NCBI GenBank assembly: GCA_965202805.1
Contig: OZ241869.1
Span: 3,808,001 to 3,872,000 of the forward strand
DNA length: 64,000 bases
Reading direction: 5' to 3'
Source: Longimicrobiales bacterium
GTDB lineage: Bacteria; Gemmatimonadota; Gemmatimonadetes; Longimicrobiales; Gaopeijiaceae
The position numbers were made by a program, and so were the translations under genes. Shown one piece after another: positions 30,472 to 40,046 of this stretch. The notes below the pieces were generated by a model. That model was not told the DNA's origin, did no database searches, and was given only the letters and a program-made list of their open reading frames with translations. Each line of letters starts with the position of its first letter. Positions within the stretch are counted from its first letter, which is position 1.

Positions 30472-31397
30472 GCACGCTTTCGCTCAAGCGCCCCTCCGGC
30501 CGCATCCCCGGGAGGGAAGACCCCTGGACGGTGCTGGACCTGGTGCTCTGGAGCGCGCACTACCTCGAGGGCAAGGGGGTGCCCGGCGCCCGGCTGGACG
30601 CCGAACACCTGCTGGGGGACACACTCGGGGTGCCGCGCCTCGGACTCTACCTGCAGCATGACCGGCCGCTTGAGGCATCCGAGCTGGCCGCCTTCAAGCC
30701 TCGTCTCCTGCGGCGTGCCCGCCGGGAACCGCTCCAGTACATCCTGGGCAGGGCGGCCTTCCGGGAAATGGACCTGGCGGTGGACCGGCGGGTCCTGGTT
30801 CCCCGTCCGGAAACGGAGCTGCTCGCGGGAGAGGTGCTGGCCTGGGCCGAGGGCCGCGCCGCCGCCGGGCTCCGGGCGCTCGACCTGGGGACCGGCTGCG
30901 GGGCGCTGGCCCTGGCGCTTGCCACCGAAGGCGACTTCGCCTCCGTCGTGGCCACCGACATCAGCCGGGACGCGCTCGAGGTGGCTTCCGTGAACGGTGA
31001 GCAATACCATGACGGGGCTCCGGTGGAGTTCAGGGCGGGATCGCTGTACGAACCCGTCGGGGGCGGCGAGCGGTTCGACGTGATCGTATCGAACCCTCCC
31101 TACATCTCCAGCAGCGAAATGGAGGGCCTGGAGCCGGAGGTGCGGGACTGGGAACCCCGGCGGGCGCTGGACGCGGGTGCCGACGGCATGCAGGTGCTGG
31201 CGCCGCTGATCGCCGGCGCGCCGCGGCATCTGACGCCCGGGGGATTGCTGGCGCTGGAGGTGGGGGCCGATCAGGCGCCGCCGGTAGCGCGCCGGATCGA
31301 CGACACGAGCGCCTTCGCCGGAGTGCGCATCGTCCCCGACCTGGCAGGCCGCGAACGCATGGTGCTGGCGAACCGGCACCGGAACGAGGATCGATGA
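30468..31397 (+). CDS. prmC: Release factor glutamine methyltransferase
   Basis: [27 protein letters not shown]. Confidence 0.97.
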
Positions 31398-31408
31398 CGG
31401 GAGGCTGA

Positions 31409-31768
31409 ATGGCCGCAATCGAGGAGATGGCCCGCGAACTGGGTCTGGCCCTGGGCCGGACCCCGCAGTATCAGGACCTGCAACGCGCCGCACGGCGGGC
31501 GGATGAGGATCGCGAACTCGTGACCCTGCGAAACGAGCTCACGAAGCTGGAGGAGAGCGTGGCCCGGAGCGTACAGGCCGGCGAGGAGCCAGCGCCGGAA
31601 GTGGCCGAGGAGTACGAGAAGGCGTTCGGGCGCCTGCAGGCGAGCCCGGCGTACCAGGGGGTGGTTGCGGCCCGGGCCAACTTCGACCGGGTGCTGGGCC
31701 GTGTGAACGAAGGCATCTCGAGGGCCATCGAGGAAGGCGCGAAATCGCGCATCATCATCAGTTCCTGA
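31409..31768 (+). CDS. YlbF/YmcA (Com_YlbF)-like helical protein
   Basis: I...ARELG.AL..TPQY..L..A....D pattern, coiled coil, about 120 aa, GGAGG RBS. Confidence 0.7.
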   Translation: MAAIEEMARELGLALGRTPQYQDLQRAARRADEDRELVTLRNELTKLEESVARSVQAGEEPAPEVAEEYEKAFGRLQASPAYQGVVAARANFDRVLGRVNEGISRAIEEGAKSRIIISS

Positions 31769-31829
31769 CCGCCGGCCGGGTGCGGCCGGAAGGGAAGGCG
31801 ACGCTCACCCCAATCAGGGGACTCGATCA

Positions 31830-33146
<1,317 letters not shown>

Positions 33147-33171
33147 CGGGACGGCGCGGGAAGCCGCATAT

Positions 33172-33208
33172 CCACTACCGGTAGTGGGTACCCCACGACC
33201 CGTAGTGG
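33172..33208. promoter_or_regulatory. Tandem NrdR-box-like 16-bp palindromes
   Basis: CCACTACCGGTAGTGG (33172-33187, perfect palindrome) and CCACGACCCGTAGTGG (33193-33208), 21 bp apart; match the CACwAnnnnTwGTG core. Confidence 0.65.
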
Positions 33209-33290
33209 GGTGGGCCCCCGGCGCGGGATTGCGCTCCGCCTGTCCGGCTCCCGTGCGCGGCTGCGCGGGGAAGATGAACGGCGCGCCGGA

Positions 33291-33935
33291 ATGACGGGGT
33301 GCTTCGTCGTGCTTGAGGGCGGCGAGGGCGCGGGCAAGTCCACGCAGGCGGCGCTCCTGGCGGAATGGCTCCGGGACCGGGGCGTGCCCTGCACCCTGGC
33401 GCGCGAGCCGGGATCCACGGCGGTGGGCGAAGCCATTCGCGAGGTCGTGCTGGGGAGGACGGAGCTGGAGATGCCCGCGGAGTCGGAGCTGCTGCTGATC
33501 CTGGCGGCGCGCGCCGCGTTCGTGCGCGAGGTGGTGCATCCCGCGCTGGCCCGCGGCGATGTGGTCGTGGCGGATCGCTTCGACCTGTCCACGCTGGCGT
33601 ACCAGGGATACGGCCGCGGACTGGATCTCGCACAGGTGAGGGCGGCGATGGAGGTCGCGACCGCGGGTCTGCGCCCGGATCTCTACCTGGTGCTCGACGT
33701 GCCGGTGGAGGAGGGCGCGGTCCGGCGCCGGGCCTCGGGAGGCAGCGCCGATCGCATCGAGGGCGCGGGCGCCGACTTTCTGCACGCGGTCCGGGACGGA
33801 TATCTTGAACTGGCCGGGGCCGGGGAACGCGTGGAGCTGGTGAGCGGGCTGGGCAGGCCCGATCGCGTGCAGGCGCGGATCCTCGACTGCCTGCGACGGC
33901 GCCTGCCGGACGTCTTCGGGTCCCCGCGGACCTGA
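33291..33935 (+). CDS. tmk: Thymidylate kinase
   Basis: EGGEGAGKST, REPG, DRF..STLAYQG, PDL..LDV. Confidence 0.97.
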   Translation: MTGCFVVLEGGEGAGKSTQAALLAEWLRDRGVPCTLAREPGSTAVGEAIREVVLGRTELEMPAESELLLILAARAAFVREVVHPALARGDVVVADRFDLSTLAYQGYGRGLDLAQVRAAMEVATAGLRPDLYLVLDVPVEEGAVRRRASGGSADRIEGAGADFLHAVRDGYLELAGAGERVELVSGLGRPDRVQARILDCLRRRLPDVFGSPRT

Positions 33936-33948
33936 ATCGGAGAGACAC

Positions 33949-35562
33949 ATGAAGACCTTCCCACCGCGCATGGCTGTCCTGACGCTGGCCGCGAGCCTCT
34001 TCGCCGGGTGTGGCGAGACTGCTCCCGGCGACTCCGGGCCTCCGCCCCGGCGCGTCGGGGACGAGAGCATGCGTGCCGCCCTGTTCGAGAGCATCCTGGC
34101 CCGTACCGAGGCCCGCGAGGCCTTTTCGCCGGTGAAGAACGAGTCGCTGGGGCTGGATCCGCTCGAGGCGATGCGGGCCCTTCGCGACCGCGTGGTCTCG
34201 GCGGACAGCGAGGCCGAGCTGTTCTACGCGCTCGCGGCCCTCAGCGCCGCGCGCCGCGACCGCCACCTGGACGTGAGCCTGGTCCCCGGCGGGCTCGAGC
34301 TGCCCGACAGCGCCGGCCTGGAGGTGAGCGGAGGAAGCGCGCCCGAGCCCCGCCGGGCGGGCATGAGGGTGTTCCCCGACTACGGCGGCGAGGAACTCGC
34401 CTACTTCGTGGGCGAGATCGCGGAGGAAGCCGGCGGGCCGGCGGTCGGCAGCCGCGTAATCGGGGTGAACGGCATGCCCGTGGAGGCATGGCACGAGGCC
34501 GCGGCCGTCTACGTGCCCCACTCCACGGAGGCGGGCCTGCGCTGGAAGCTGGCGGAGGCCATGACCGTCTCCAGCGCGATCTTTCCGCCCGCCCTGCGCC
34601 CGGAGCGATTCACGCTGGCGGTGGATCTCGGGAGCGGAGCCGAGGGGCGCTTCCGGCTTCCCTGGTACGAGCCCGGCGAGCTCACCTGGTCCGGCCTCTC
34701 CGAGCCGCGCTATCCCGGTACCCGCAACGTGCTCGCCACCCCCACCTACGACTTCCTGGTGCCCGTCGCCCCGGCCGGACACGTGGTCCTGGTCTGGTAC
34801 GGGTTCCGGGAGACGATGGTCGAGGATGTCGACCGGCTGGTCGAGTACGCGGCCGCCAACGACCTCCTCGACCACACGCTGGTGATGGACGTCACCCGCA
34901 GCCGGGGCGGCTCGCTGGGGCCCTACGCCATGCAGCGCCTGCAGCCGCGCCCCTTCAGGACCACCTTCGGCAACCTGCGCCTGAGCGACGTCATCCAGCC
35001 CTTCATCGACGAGAAGCGGGCCGAAGCCGCCGAGCAGGGCGCGATGGACTCGGGGGTGCCGGAGGTGATCGACGACGGCACCTGGCTGCTCGACTGGCTG
35101 GAGACGGACGTGGCGCCCGCCCTGGCGCGCGGCGACGCCTATTCCAACGCGGTGCCGTTCAAGAGCGCCCACGCCCCGCGCGACTCGGACGGAATCCTCC
35201 AGCCGGCGCCGGTGCACTTCCGCGGGCCCATCGCGATCATCTCCGGACCGAGCGGCGGGTCGCACCTGGACCAGTTCGTCTCCATCATCTCCGACAACGG
35301 GCTCGGCCCGGTGGTGGGGATGCCGCCCGGGGGCTACTCCAACACCTGGGAATGGGAGGAGACGCTCACCCTCGAGCCCGGCGGGCAGCCCCTGGTCGGC
35401 TTCATGTGGAACATCGGCCAAACGCTGCGGCCCAACGGCGAGATCCTCGAAGGCAACCCGGTCGAGGTCGACGAGTGGATTCCGCTCACGGCGGACAACG
35501 TGGCCGACTACTACGCGATCCTGCTCGACCGGGCGCTGGCGCTTGCCGAAGCGTGGAACTGA
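33949..35562 (+). CDS. Lipoprotein with a divergent S41-type (tail-specific/tricorn/CPAF-like) peptidase domain
   Basis: Lipobox FAGC, DRH, VMDVTRSRGG, FRGPIAIISGPSGGSHLDQF, VVGMPPGG, LEGNPVEVD. Confidence 0.6.
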   Translation: MKTFPPRMAVLTLAASLFAGCGETAPGDSGPPPRRVGDESMRAALFESILARTEAREAFSPVKNESLGLDPLEAMRALRDRVVSADSEAELFYALAALSAARRDRHLDVSLVPGGLELPDSAGLEVSGGSAPEPRRAGMRVFPDYGGEELAYFVGEIAEEAGGPAVGSRVIGVNGMPVEAWHEAAAVYVPHSTEAGLRWKLAEAMTVSSAIFPPALRPERFTLAVDLGSGAEGRFRLPWYEPGELTWSGLSEPRYPGTRNVLATPTYDFLVPVAPAGHVVLVWYGFRETMVEDVDRLVEYAAANDLLDHTLVMDVTRSRGGSLGPYAMQRLQPRPFRTTFGNLRLSDVIQPFIDEKRAEAAEQGAMDSGVPEVIDDGTWLLDWLETDVAPALARGDAYSNAVPFKSAHAPRDSDGILQPAPVHFRGPIAIISGPSGGSHLDQFVSIISDNGLGPVVGMPPGGYSNTWEWEETLTLEPGGQPLVGFMWNIGQTLRPNGEILEGNPVEVDEWIPLTADNVADYYAILLDRALALAEAWN

Positions 35563-35661
35563 GGGAATCCGGGAGCGGGCCCGGGCGACGCGCGCGGATC
35601 ACGGCCTGATGAGCGGCGCCGGCGCGCCCCGCGACCGGCCGGTCCGCCCAGGCCCCCGGGC

Positions 35662-36900
35662 ATGAGTCGCCCGCCGGAATCCAGGCCCCGCCGGTTCGGA
35701 CCGGGCGCGCGCATCTTCGCCGGCATGGCGGTGGGGATCGTCGCCGGTGCGATGCTGGGCGAACGGGCCGCCGTGCTCCAGCCGGTCGGCGACCTCTTCA
35801 TCCGGCTCCTGGTGCTGGCCGCGGTGCCGTTGGTCTGCTTCAACCTGCTGGCCGGGCTGGCGGCCCACTCGGGCGTGCGCGCCTTCGGGCGGCTGGCCGC
35901 GAAGATCCTGGCCTGGTTCGTCGCCACGGACCTGGTCGCGCTGTACGCGGGGATGGGGGCGATGACGCTCCTCCGGCCCGGCGCCGGAATGGAGCTGACG
36001 ACCCCGGTGGACGAAGCCGTGGGGGCGGTGCCATCGCTCGCGGACGTCCTGCTGGACATGATCCCGGTCAACCTCTTCCAGGCCTTCGCGGAGGGAAACA
36101 TCGTGCAGGTCGTGGTGGCTTCGCTCGCGATCGGGGTGGCGACCCTGATGCTCGGCGGCGGGGCGCGCGCGCGGCTGGAGGCGGCTTACCGCGACCTGGC
36201 CGACCTCTTCCGCCGCCTCGTGGACCTGGTGCTCGTGCTGGCGCCGCTCGGGATCGGCGCGCTGATGGCGGTGACCGCCGGACGCTACGGGGCCGAGCTG
36301 ATCGGCGGGCTGGCGCGCTTCCTGGCGGGGGTGTGGGGCGCCCAGGCGCTGCTCTTCTGCGGGTACATGCTCGTGCTCCGCTTCCTGACCGCGCAGCATC
36401 CCCGGCGCTTCCTGAGCGAGACCGGTCCCCTGTGGGCGACCACGGCGGCGACCTCCTCCAGCCTGGCCTCGCTCTCGGTCGGCCTGGAGAAGGCGGAGAA
36501 GCTGCGCGTGCCGCAGTCGGTCTACGGCTTCACCCTGCCGCTGGGCGCGCAGCTCAACAAGGACGGCACCGCGGTCATGCTCGGTGCGGTGCTGGTCTTC
36601 ACGGCGCAGGCGGCGGGGGTGGAGTTCGGCCCCGAGGCGCTGCTCGCCATCCTGCCGATCGGGCTCCTGCTCTCGCAGGGCTCGGGGGGGATTCCGGGCG
36701 GCGGTTTCGTGGTGGCCCTGGTCTACGTGCAGGCGTTCAGCCTGCCGATCGAGATCGCCGCCATGGTGGGCGGCATATACCGGCTGGTCGACATGGGGAA
36801 CACGACGCTGAACATCATGGGGGACATGGTCGGGACGGCGCTGGTGGCGGGGCGCGGGGCGGGCGGGGCCAGGCCCACGACCTCCGGAGCGGCCTCGTGA
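35662..36900 (+). CDS. Dicarboxylate/amino acid:cation symporter (DAACS) with atypical motifs
   Basis: GDLFIRLL, P.N.FQA, TSSS, PLGAQLNKDGT, GGIPGG, DMGNTTLNIMGD. Confidence 0.92.
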   Translation: MSRPPESRPRRFGPGARIFAGMAVGIVAGAMLGERAAVLQPVGDLFIRLLVLAAVPLVCFNLLAGLAAHSGVRAFGRLAAKILAWFVATDLVALYAGMGAMTLLRPGAGMELTTPVDEAVGAVPSLADVLLDMIPVNLFQAFAEGNIVQVVVASLAIGVATLMLGGGARARLEAAYRDLADLFRRLVDLVLVLAPLGIGALMAVTAGRYGAELIGGLARFLAGVWGAQALLFCGYMLVLRFLTAQHPRRFLSETGPLWATTAATSSSLASLSVGLEKAEKLRVPQSVYGFTLPLGAQLNKDGTAVMLGAVLVFTAQAAGVEFGPEALLAILPIGLLLSQGSGGIPGGGFVVALVYVQAFSLPIEIAAMVGGIYRLVDMGNTTLNIMGDMVGTALVAGRGAGGARPTTSGAAS

Positions 36901-38075
36901 ACCCCGCGGTGCGCGCGCTCTTTCCGGGCGCCGGACGCCGGGCCTACTTCGACATCGCCGCGCGTTGCCTGCTCGCAGAGCCGGTGCGGGATGCCGCCGC
37001 CGCCCACCTGGAGACGCGCATGCGCGAGGGGGGCGACAAGGACGAGCTGCGGGCGGTGGTCGAGGAGGCCCGCTCCGGTTTCGCCGCCCTGGTCGGGGCC
37101 GCCCCGGAGGAGATCGCCGTCACCAAGAACGTCTCCGACGGGCTCAACCTCTTCGCCGCCAGCCTGCCGTGGCGGGCCGGGGACAACGTGGTCTTCTGCC
37201 CGGAGCTCGAGCACCCCAACAACATCTACCTGTGGTACAACCTGCGCCGCACGCGGGGGGTGGAGGTGCGCCCGGTCGCGCCGGTGGCCGGGGAGGTGCC
37301 GGTGGAGGCGATGGTTGCGGCCATGGACGAGCGCACGCGCTTGGTGACGGTGCCGAGCATCTCCTTCGCGCCCGGCTTCGTGACCGACATGGCCGCGGTC
37401 GCGGCGGCGGCGCGGGGAGTGGGGGCCCTCACCCTGGTCGACGCGGCCCAGTCGGTGGGGGCGGCGGTCACGGACGTGCGCCGCCTGGGGATCGACGCCC
37501 TCGCGGTGGCGACCCAGAAGTGCCTGCTCTCGCTCTACGGGTTCGGGTTTCTCTACGTGCGCCGCGAGCTGGCCGACGGCCTGATCCCGGGTCACGTGGC
37601 CCGCTACGGCATCGAGCTCGGAGGCGCCCACGAGACCGCCTTCTCGGCCGACGAGCTTCGCTACCGCCCGGGCGCGCTGCGCTTCGATGTCGGCAACTAC
37701 AACTACCTGGGCGCCGTGGCCGCCCGCGCCGCGCTCAAGCTGATCCGCGAGTGGACGGTCGAGGCCATCGAGGCACATGTCCGCCGGGTGGCGAAGCAGC
37801 TGGCCACGGGCCTGGCCGAGCTCGGGCTGCCCGTGGTCGGAGGGGCGGCGGCGGCGCGCAGGGCGCACATCGTGACGGTCGGCACCAGCGGCGGCGGGCG
37901 CCACTACACGGCGGACGATCCGGCGATGAACGCGCTCCATGCGCGCCTGAACGCCGATGGCGTCCGGCTCGCCATCCGCAGCGGAGTGTTGCGCTTTTCG
38001 GTGGGCGTCTACAACGATGATTCGGACGTGGAGCGCGTCCTGGCCAGCGCCCGCCGGTGGAGCGAGGGCCGGTAA
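36897..38075 (+). CDS. Class V PLP-dependent enzyme without the SufS/IscS catalytic Cys
   Basis: YFDIAA, EHPNN, DAAQSVG, ATQK (PLP Lys), LRFSVGVYN; GTGA overlap with the symporter. Confidence 0.88.
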   Translation: MNPAVRALFPGAGRRAYFDIAARCLLAEPVRDAAAAHLETRMREGGDKDELRAVVEEARSGFAALVGAAPEEIAVTKNVSDGLNLFAASLPWRAGDNVVFCPELEHPNNIYLWYNLRRTRGVEVRPVAPVAGEVPVEAMVAAMDERTRLVTVPSISFAPGFVTDMAAVAAAARGVGALTLVDAAQSVGAAVTDVRRLGIDALAVATQKCLLSLYGFGFLYVRRELADGLIPGHVARYGIELGGAHETAFSADELRYRPGALRFDVGNYNYLGAVAARAALKLIREWTVEAIEAHVRRVAKQLATGLAELGLPVVGGAAAARRAHIVTVGTSGGGRHYTADDPAMNALHARLNADGVRLAIRSGVLRFSVGVYNDDSDVERVLASARRWSEGR

Positions 38076-38095
38076 CGTTCGACGTGCGCCGGTCC

Positions 38096-38150
38096 GGAAA
38101 CCTTCGGCGCGGGCGGGGTTAGCAACCGGACAGCCCCTGGTTCCGTCCAA
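38096..38150 (+). promoter_or_regulatory. Two tandem ECF-sigma-like promoter candidates
   Basis: GGAAAC-N16-GTTA (38096-38121) and GCAAC-N17-CGTCCAA (38122-38150). Confidence 0.4.
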
Positions 38151-38163
38151 TTGAGGAGACCCG

Positions 38164-38190
38164 ACGCGGGGAACTCCGGTTCCCTCGCGT
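38164..38190 (+). other. Stable hairpin upstream of ctpA
   Basis: ACGCG-GGGAAC-TCCG-GTTCCC-T-CGCGT. Confidence 0.5.
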
Positions 38191-38242
38191 GAACCAGCCA
38201 CGCGGGAAGCCCGAAGCCCGCCCCGGCCGAGGCGTGACACCC

Positions 38243-39925
38243 ATGCGATTCTCCCGCTCCCTGTTCGCTCCGGGCCTCATTCTGGCAGCGGCCCTGCTGT
38301 GCGGCGGGTGGTTCCTCCAGCAGGGCATCGCCCAGGATCGCAACGTCTATTTCCAGGCACGCCTCCTGGAAGAGGTGCTCGACCGGGTATCGGCGGACTT
38401 CGTCGATCCCATCGAGCTGAATGCGCTCTACGGCACCGCGATCGACGCCGTCATCGACGAACTCGACGATCCCAACACGGAGTTCCTGAGCGCCTACGAA
38501 TGGTCCAACCTGCGCATCCGCACGGATGGAGAGTACGCCGGAGTGGGGCTGGAAATCGTCCGTCAGGGAGACTGGATCACCGTGATGAGCGCCCTGCCCG
38601 GCACGCCGGGAGAGCGGGCGGGCATCCGCGCCGGTGACCGCATCGTCGAGGTTGAAGGCGAATCCGCCCGGGGCTGGAACCCGGACCGGGCGGTCATGTC
38701 GCTGCGGGGGGAGCCGGGCACGGAGGTCAGCGTGGGCATCGGGCGTCCGGGGATCGAGGAACCCATCCCCTTCACGCTGGAGAGGGCCACGGTTCAGATC
38801 CTCTCCGTGCCGTTCACGCATCTCTTCGAGGACGGGGTGGGATACGTCCCCCTGCGGGTGTTCAGCGAGAGCGCCCGCGACGAACTCGAGAGCGCCATCG
38901 AGGAGCTGATCGAGGAAGGCGCCACCCGGATGATCCTGGATTTGCGCGGAAACCCCGGCGGGTTGCTGGATCAGGGCGTCGCGCTGGCCGATCTCTTCCT
39001 CGGAGAGGAGCTCACGGTAGCGGAGACGCGCGGTCGCACGAGGAGCCAGAACTCCGTCCTGCGCACATCGCAGGGCGAGTCCTTCCCCGAGCTTCCCCTG
39101 GTGATTCTGATCGACGGACGCAGTGCGAGCGCGTCCGAGATCGTCGCGGGTGCGCTTCAGGACCACGATCGGGCGCTGGTTCTGGGAGCGACCTCGTTCG
39201 GCAAGGGCCTGGTGCAGACGCTCTATCGGCTGAGCGGGGGCAACATGCTCAAGTTGACCACGGCGCGCTGGTACACGCCGTCGGGACGCTCGATACAGAA
39301 AGCCCGGGCAGGCGACGAATCGGCCTTCGACGACGTCGTGCTGACCCTGGCGGGGCAGTGGGTGCGCCGTTCGGACGCCGAGGACCGGCAGCCGTACCGG
39401 TCCTTCGGGGGCAGAAGCCTGCTCGGGGGCGGCGGCATCACCCCGGATCTGCGGGTGCTTCCCGATACCCTGACCGACGCCGAAGAGACTGCGGTGCTGC
39501 AGTTGTGGCGGCAGGCGCGCGGCTTCAGCGACGCCCTGTTCGAGTTCGCCGTCCTCTACATTCAGGAGCGGCCGAATCTCGCTGCGGGCTCCGCGATCGG
39601 GGACGGCGACCTCGCGCGTTTCCGGCGGCACCTTGCCGAGAAGGGGATCGACGCCGAGGCTGCGACGCTGGAGCGCGCGGAACGCTTTGTCCGGTTCCAG
39701 CTGGAGCGCGAGATTGCCCGCAGGCGAGCGGGTCGCGAAGGCGAGTTTCTCCGCCTGATGACCGCGGATCCGCCGCTGGCGCGCGCGGTCGAGCTGCTGG
39801 CGGGCGCGCGGTCGCAGCAGGACCTGTTCGATCTGGTTGCCGCCGAAGAGTCCCTCGCGACGAGCGCCCCTCCGGCTGCGGGCGGCATCGCTCCGGGCGA
39901 TTCGCCGGGCCCGGGGTCCTTCTGA
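38243..39925 (+). CDS. ctpA: Carboxyl-terminal processing protease (S41A, PDZ)
   Basis: LDDPNT, G.G.., DLRGNPGGLL, SASASEIVAGALQDH, SFGKG, YTPSGRSI, GITPD. Confidence 0.93.
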   Translation: MRFSRSLFAPGLILAAALLCGGWFLQQGIAQDRNVYFQARLLEEVLDRVSADFVDPIELNALYGTAIDAVIDELDDPNTEFLSAYEWSNLRIRTDGEYAGVGLEIVRQGDWITVMSALPGTPGERAGIRAGDRIVEVEGESARGWNPDRAVMSLRGEPGTEVSVGIGRPGIEEPIPFTLERATVQILSVPFTHLFEDGVGYVPLRVFSESARDELESAIEELIEEGATRMILDLRGNPGGLLDQGVALADLFLGEELTVAETRGRTRSQNSVLRTSQGESFPELPLVILIDGRSASASEIVAGALQDHDRALVLGATSFGKGLVQTLYRLSGGNMLKLTTARWYTPSGRSIQKARAGDESAFDDVVLTLAGQWVRRSDAEDRQPYRSFGGRSLLGGGGITPDLRVLPDTLTDAEETAVLQLWRQARGFSDALFEFAVLYIQERPNLAAGSAIGDGDLARFRRHLAEKGIDAEAATLERAERFVRFQLEREIARRRAGREGEFLRLMTADPPLARAVELLAGARSQQDLFDLVAAEESLATSAPPAAGGIAPGDSPGPGSF

Positions 39926-40046
39926 GGGAGCGTCCGCCGGCCCTCGCTCGCCGGTCGACTCATCCTGCCATTCCATCGCCCGGAGAAAAGATGTTCCTTT
40001 CCCGTGCGAGTCGCGGACGGCGTCCGCCGCTTTCGTGAGCCGGGGC

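Noticed and set aside
33172..33208. Tandem palindromes read as a mini-CRISPR or IS end
   Set aside because: The spacer is only 5 bp and no cas or transposase gene is present; an operator or terminator fits better.
38119..38145. TTAGCA as a possible CIRCE half-site
   Set aside because: It continues ACC rather than CTC, and there is no GAGTGCTAA arm 9 bp later.
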